From Diplonema japonicum (Eukaryota; Protista; Euglenozoa: Diplonemea): 64,000 nt of DNA. Shown here one piece after another: positions 62,101 through 64,000 of the stretch. The stretch is from assembly GCA_964019335.1 (NCBI GenBank), contig OZ025729.1, positions 186,001 to 250,000 on the forward strand, written 5' to 3'. The notes below the pieces were generated by a model. It saw only the letters and a list, made by a program, of their open reading frames with translations, searched no databases and was not told where the DNA came from. The number at the start of each line of letters is the position of its first letter. Positions within the stretch are counted from its first letter, which is position 1. Both the position numbers and the translations under genes were made by a program.

Positions 62101-62385
62101 GAAGAGCCTAAAACCGCGAAGGAACTCGGGATTCACATGAAGTTTGTCCGGTTCGCCCTCATCCTGGACTTTGACAAGACGTGGATCATGGCCAGGTATG
62201 ACTCGGAAGGCTGGAAGGCGAAGGGGGACGTCGAGAGACGGCAGCAGTTCACGCGGCACGGAGATATGAGAGCCTTGAAGGATCACTACTTCGTGGCCAC
62301 TGACTGGCTTTTCTTCACCACGCTGCAGTGGCATAATGTGGGACAGCGCCACCCCCCAAGAACCACGAAGACCTTACGCAAGTAA
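59102..62385 (+). pseudogene. Frameshifted ORF2 of the element: papain/Josephin-like protease motifs, DPVP-rich repeats, two SIMs, basic NLS-like stretch
   Basis: ORFs 59006..60124 and 60214..62385 fuse if one C is restored at about 59896 (GACCGGTCC versus repeat consensus GACCCGGTCC); no stops in the second frame from 59896 to 60214. Confidence 0.65.
59675..60790 (+). repeat. Degenerate 18-bp-unit minisatellite (GACCCGGTCCCCGC...) encoding DPVPxT repeats
   Basis: Recurrent GACCCGGTCCCC / AGCCCAGTCGCT units with higher-order blocks. Confidence 0.9.
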
Positions 62386-63228
62386 GAGTGCTGGCCCGGC
62401 GAGCTACGAGGGCAAAAAACCTCATTTCTCCTTGGAGATGAGAACATATATTATAGTGCGACATGATCAGACTGGAACGGCCGCCCCGGGGCATCCTCTG
62501 CTCAACCCGGCGGACGTGGGAGGCCCTTCTTCGGAAGGTGCCAGTCGCTTGATCAGTGTCGTCGAATGCGCGCTATATTTTACATTTTATAAGTACATAT
62601 AACAATCGATTGAAAGAAGAAGAACCGGGTTTACGTTTACCAAGGAGTTGAATATCCGTAAGACGGTGGTCATCGAGAAGTGTACCATCCACGTCGGTAG
62701 CATAAAGGCCTTGGGCACAAGCAACCTCTGCTTAATTCCTGATACGTAGGAGGCTCCTCTTGAGGATGTCATTCGACTTTCTGTTTTCGTATGCAGTATT
62801 GATCCTTCTTCACCTGTTTTTTTTTAATACTTTTTTCACTTTTTATTCCCACTTGCAATATCGTTTCAGTAGCCTCAGGGCCCTGCAGTAAACACTGCCA
62901 CACCGCTGGGTCAAGGTGTGCAGCCCGTAAAGGACGTTGCTGGCTTACTCCATGTTTCCTATATTTCAAAGCCTAGAGTAATGACCCGCGGCGAGGTGAG
63001 ATGAAAAGCTGTGCACTCCCTACCCAGCCACTCACTCCCTTCCAAGTCACTCTTAGCTAGCACAAATCAAGCGAAGTAGTGGCACGTGTGCGCATTCGAG
63101 ACTGTATGGTTAGCTGGAAGTAGTCAACATAAACAACAAGTGCGTTTTTAAAAGCATGTAAAAGATGTGTTTTTTTTTTGAAGCCCTTTTTTTGAACATA
63201 AATACACACGAAAAAAAGAAAAGAAAAA

Positions 63229-64000
63229 ATGACTATCAAGTGCCGTGTCTACAACGCCTCTTCAGTGGAGCTCAACAATGAAGTAATGATTCAGTACAAG
63301 ACCGAGGGCGAGACAGGGATGTGCAGCTGCTCCACACCGACACTCAAGAAAGACACGTGGACAGAACTATGCCTCCCGGAGGAAAGCTTCGGGAGCAAGG
63401 TTATTCCAACATCTGCTCTGTTACAACTCCGCGCGGAAGGCATCACATGGGAGGACACCTACACACCCCACGAGACGGAAGAAGAGGACACCCAAAACAT
63501 CGTTTTCGAAAACGGAAAAGACTACCGCCTTGTAAACGACAGTGTGAACCCTCCGTTAACCGACGAGGAGTACTACGAAAGCCTGTCTGTGCTCCGAGAC
63601 ATTTTGGAGGGGTTCGGCCCGATAAAGCCCCCTCACAGGGACGACAAGAAGCAACAGCAGTCTCTTTGGAGACACATTGCCCGCAAAATAGGCCGCGACG
63701 TCAAGAAGCCCGGCTGTCTCAAATCTGTGGAAAACATGGTGACGGGCCGCACGGGGTACAAAGACAGCCGTGTTAAGTGGAGGAAGGTCATGTCTTCGCA
63801 TCGTCATGCTCCTGTTCCCACAAAGTTCGAGACACCGGAAGAGAAAACCGAGATTGTTTCATCTGTCGACGAGGGGAAGGTGTTCATGGAAATCTACCAT
63901 CGGGCGATGGATCGATTCCCTGGAGGGAACTGTGATGTGATTGTTGTGAAGCACAGTATGGACTTTGCCTCAAAGCAGGGGTTCGTGTGTGCCTACCGCA
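63229..64000 (+). CDS. Hypothetical protein, copy 2 (runs off the window end)
   Basis: ATG ACT ATC AAG TGC... matches 51133 onward apart from codon 2; missing from the ORF track because no stop falls within the window. Confidence 0.8.
   Translation, partial: MTIKCRVYNASSVELNNEVMIQYKTEGETGMCSCSTPTLKKDTWTELCLPEESFGSKVIPTSALLQLRAEGITWEDTYTPHETEEEDTQNIVFENGKDYRLVNDSVNPPLTDEEYYESLSVLRDILEGFGPIKPPHRDDKKQQQSLWRHIARKIGRDVKKPGCLKSVENMVTGRTGYKDSRVKWRKVMSSHRHAPVPTKFETPEEKTEIVSSVDEGKVFMEIYHRAMDRFPGGNCDVIVVKHSMDFASKQGFVCAYR

Larger units (their letters stand above)
56925..62910 (+). mobile_element. ~6-kb insertion: rearranged or decayed Penelope-like retroelement (boundaries approximate)
   Basis: Contains a PLE-type RT. 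Flanks 56716-56925 and 62911-63165 match the two halves of the paralogous empty spacer 54156-54755. Confidence 0.75.

Overview
This is eukaryotic, probably euglenozoan (diplonemid/kinetoplastid-like) genomic DNA; the taxon is an inference. All credible genes are intronless and on the + strand, with GC-rich CDSs separated by poly(A)/poly(T)-rich spacers. Contents in order: (1) a tandem array of four genes (0.7-28.2 kb), each encoding a signal peptide, 8-13 DOMON domains that all keep the Met/His heme-ligand pair, and a C-terminal cytochrome b561 membrane domain, i.e. a candidate variable-length multi-heme surface electron conduit; (2) two near-identical full-size ABCA transporters flanking a receptor adenylate cyclase, a 192-bp MITE and a decayed ORF; (3) a ubiquitin-like/LRR gene, a chromodomain + PARP-like ADP-ribosyltransferase gene and a palindromic element; (4) a hypothetical gene in two copies and three F-box/pseudo-Rab/CaaX genes diversified mainly in their switch regions; (5) a ~6-kb insertion carrying a Penelope-like reverse transcriptase joined to a frameshifted ORF with a Josephin-like protease motif, Pro-rich repeats and SUMO-interacting motifs. 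All domain calls come from motif recognition by eye; no database searches were run.
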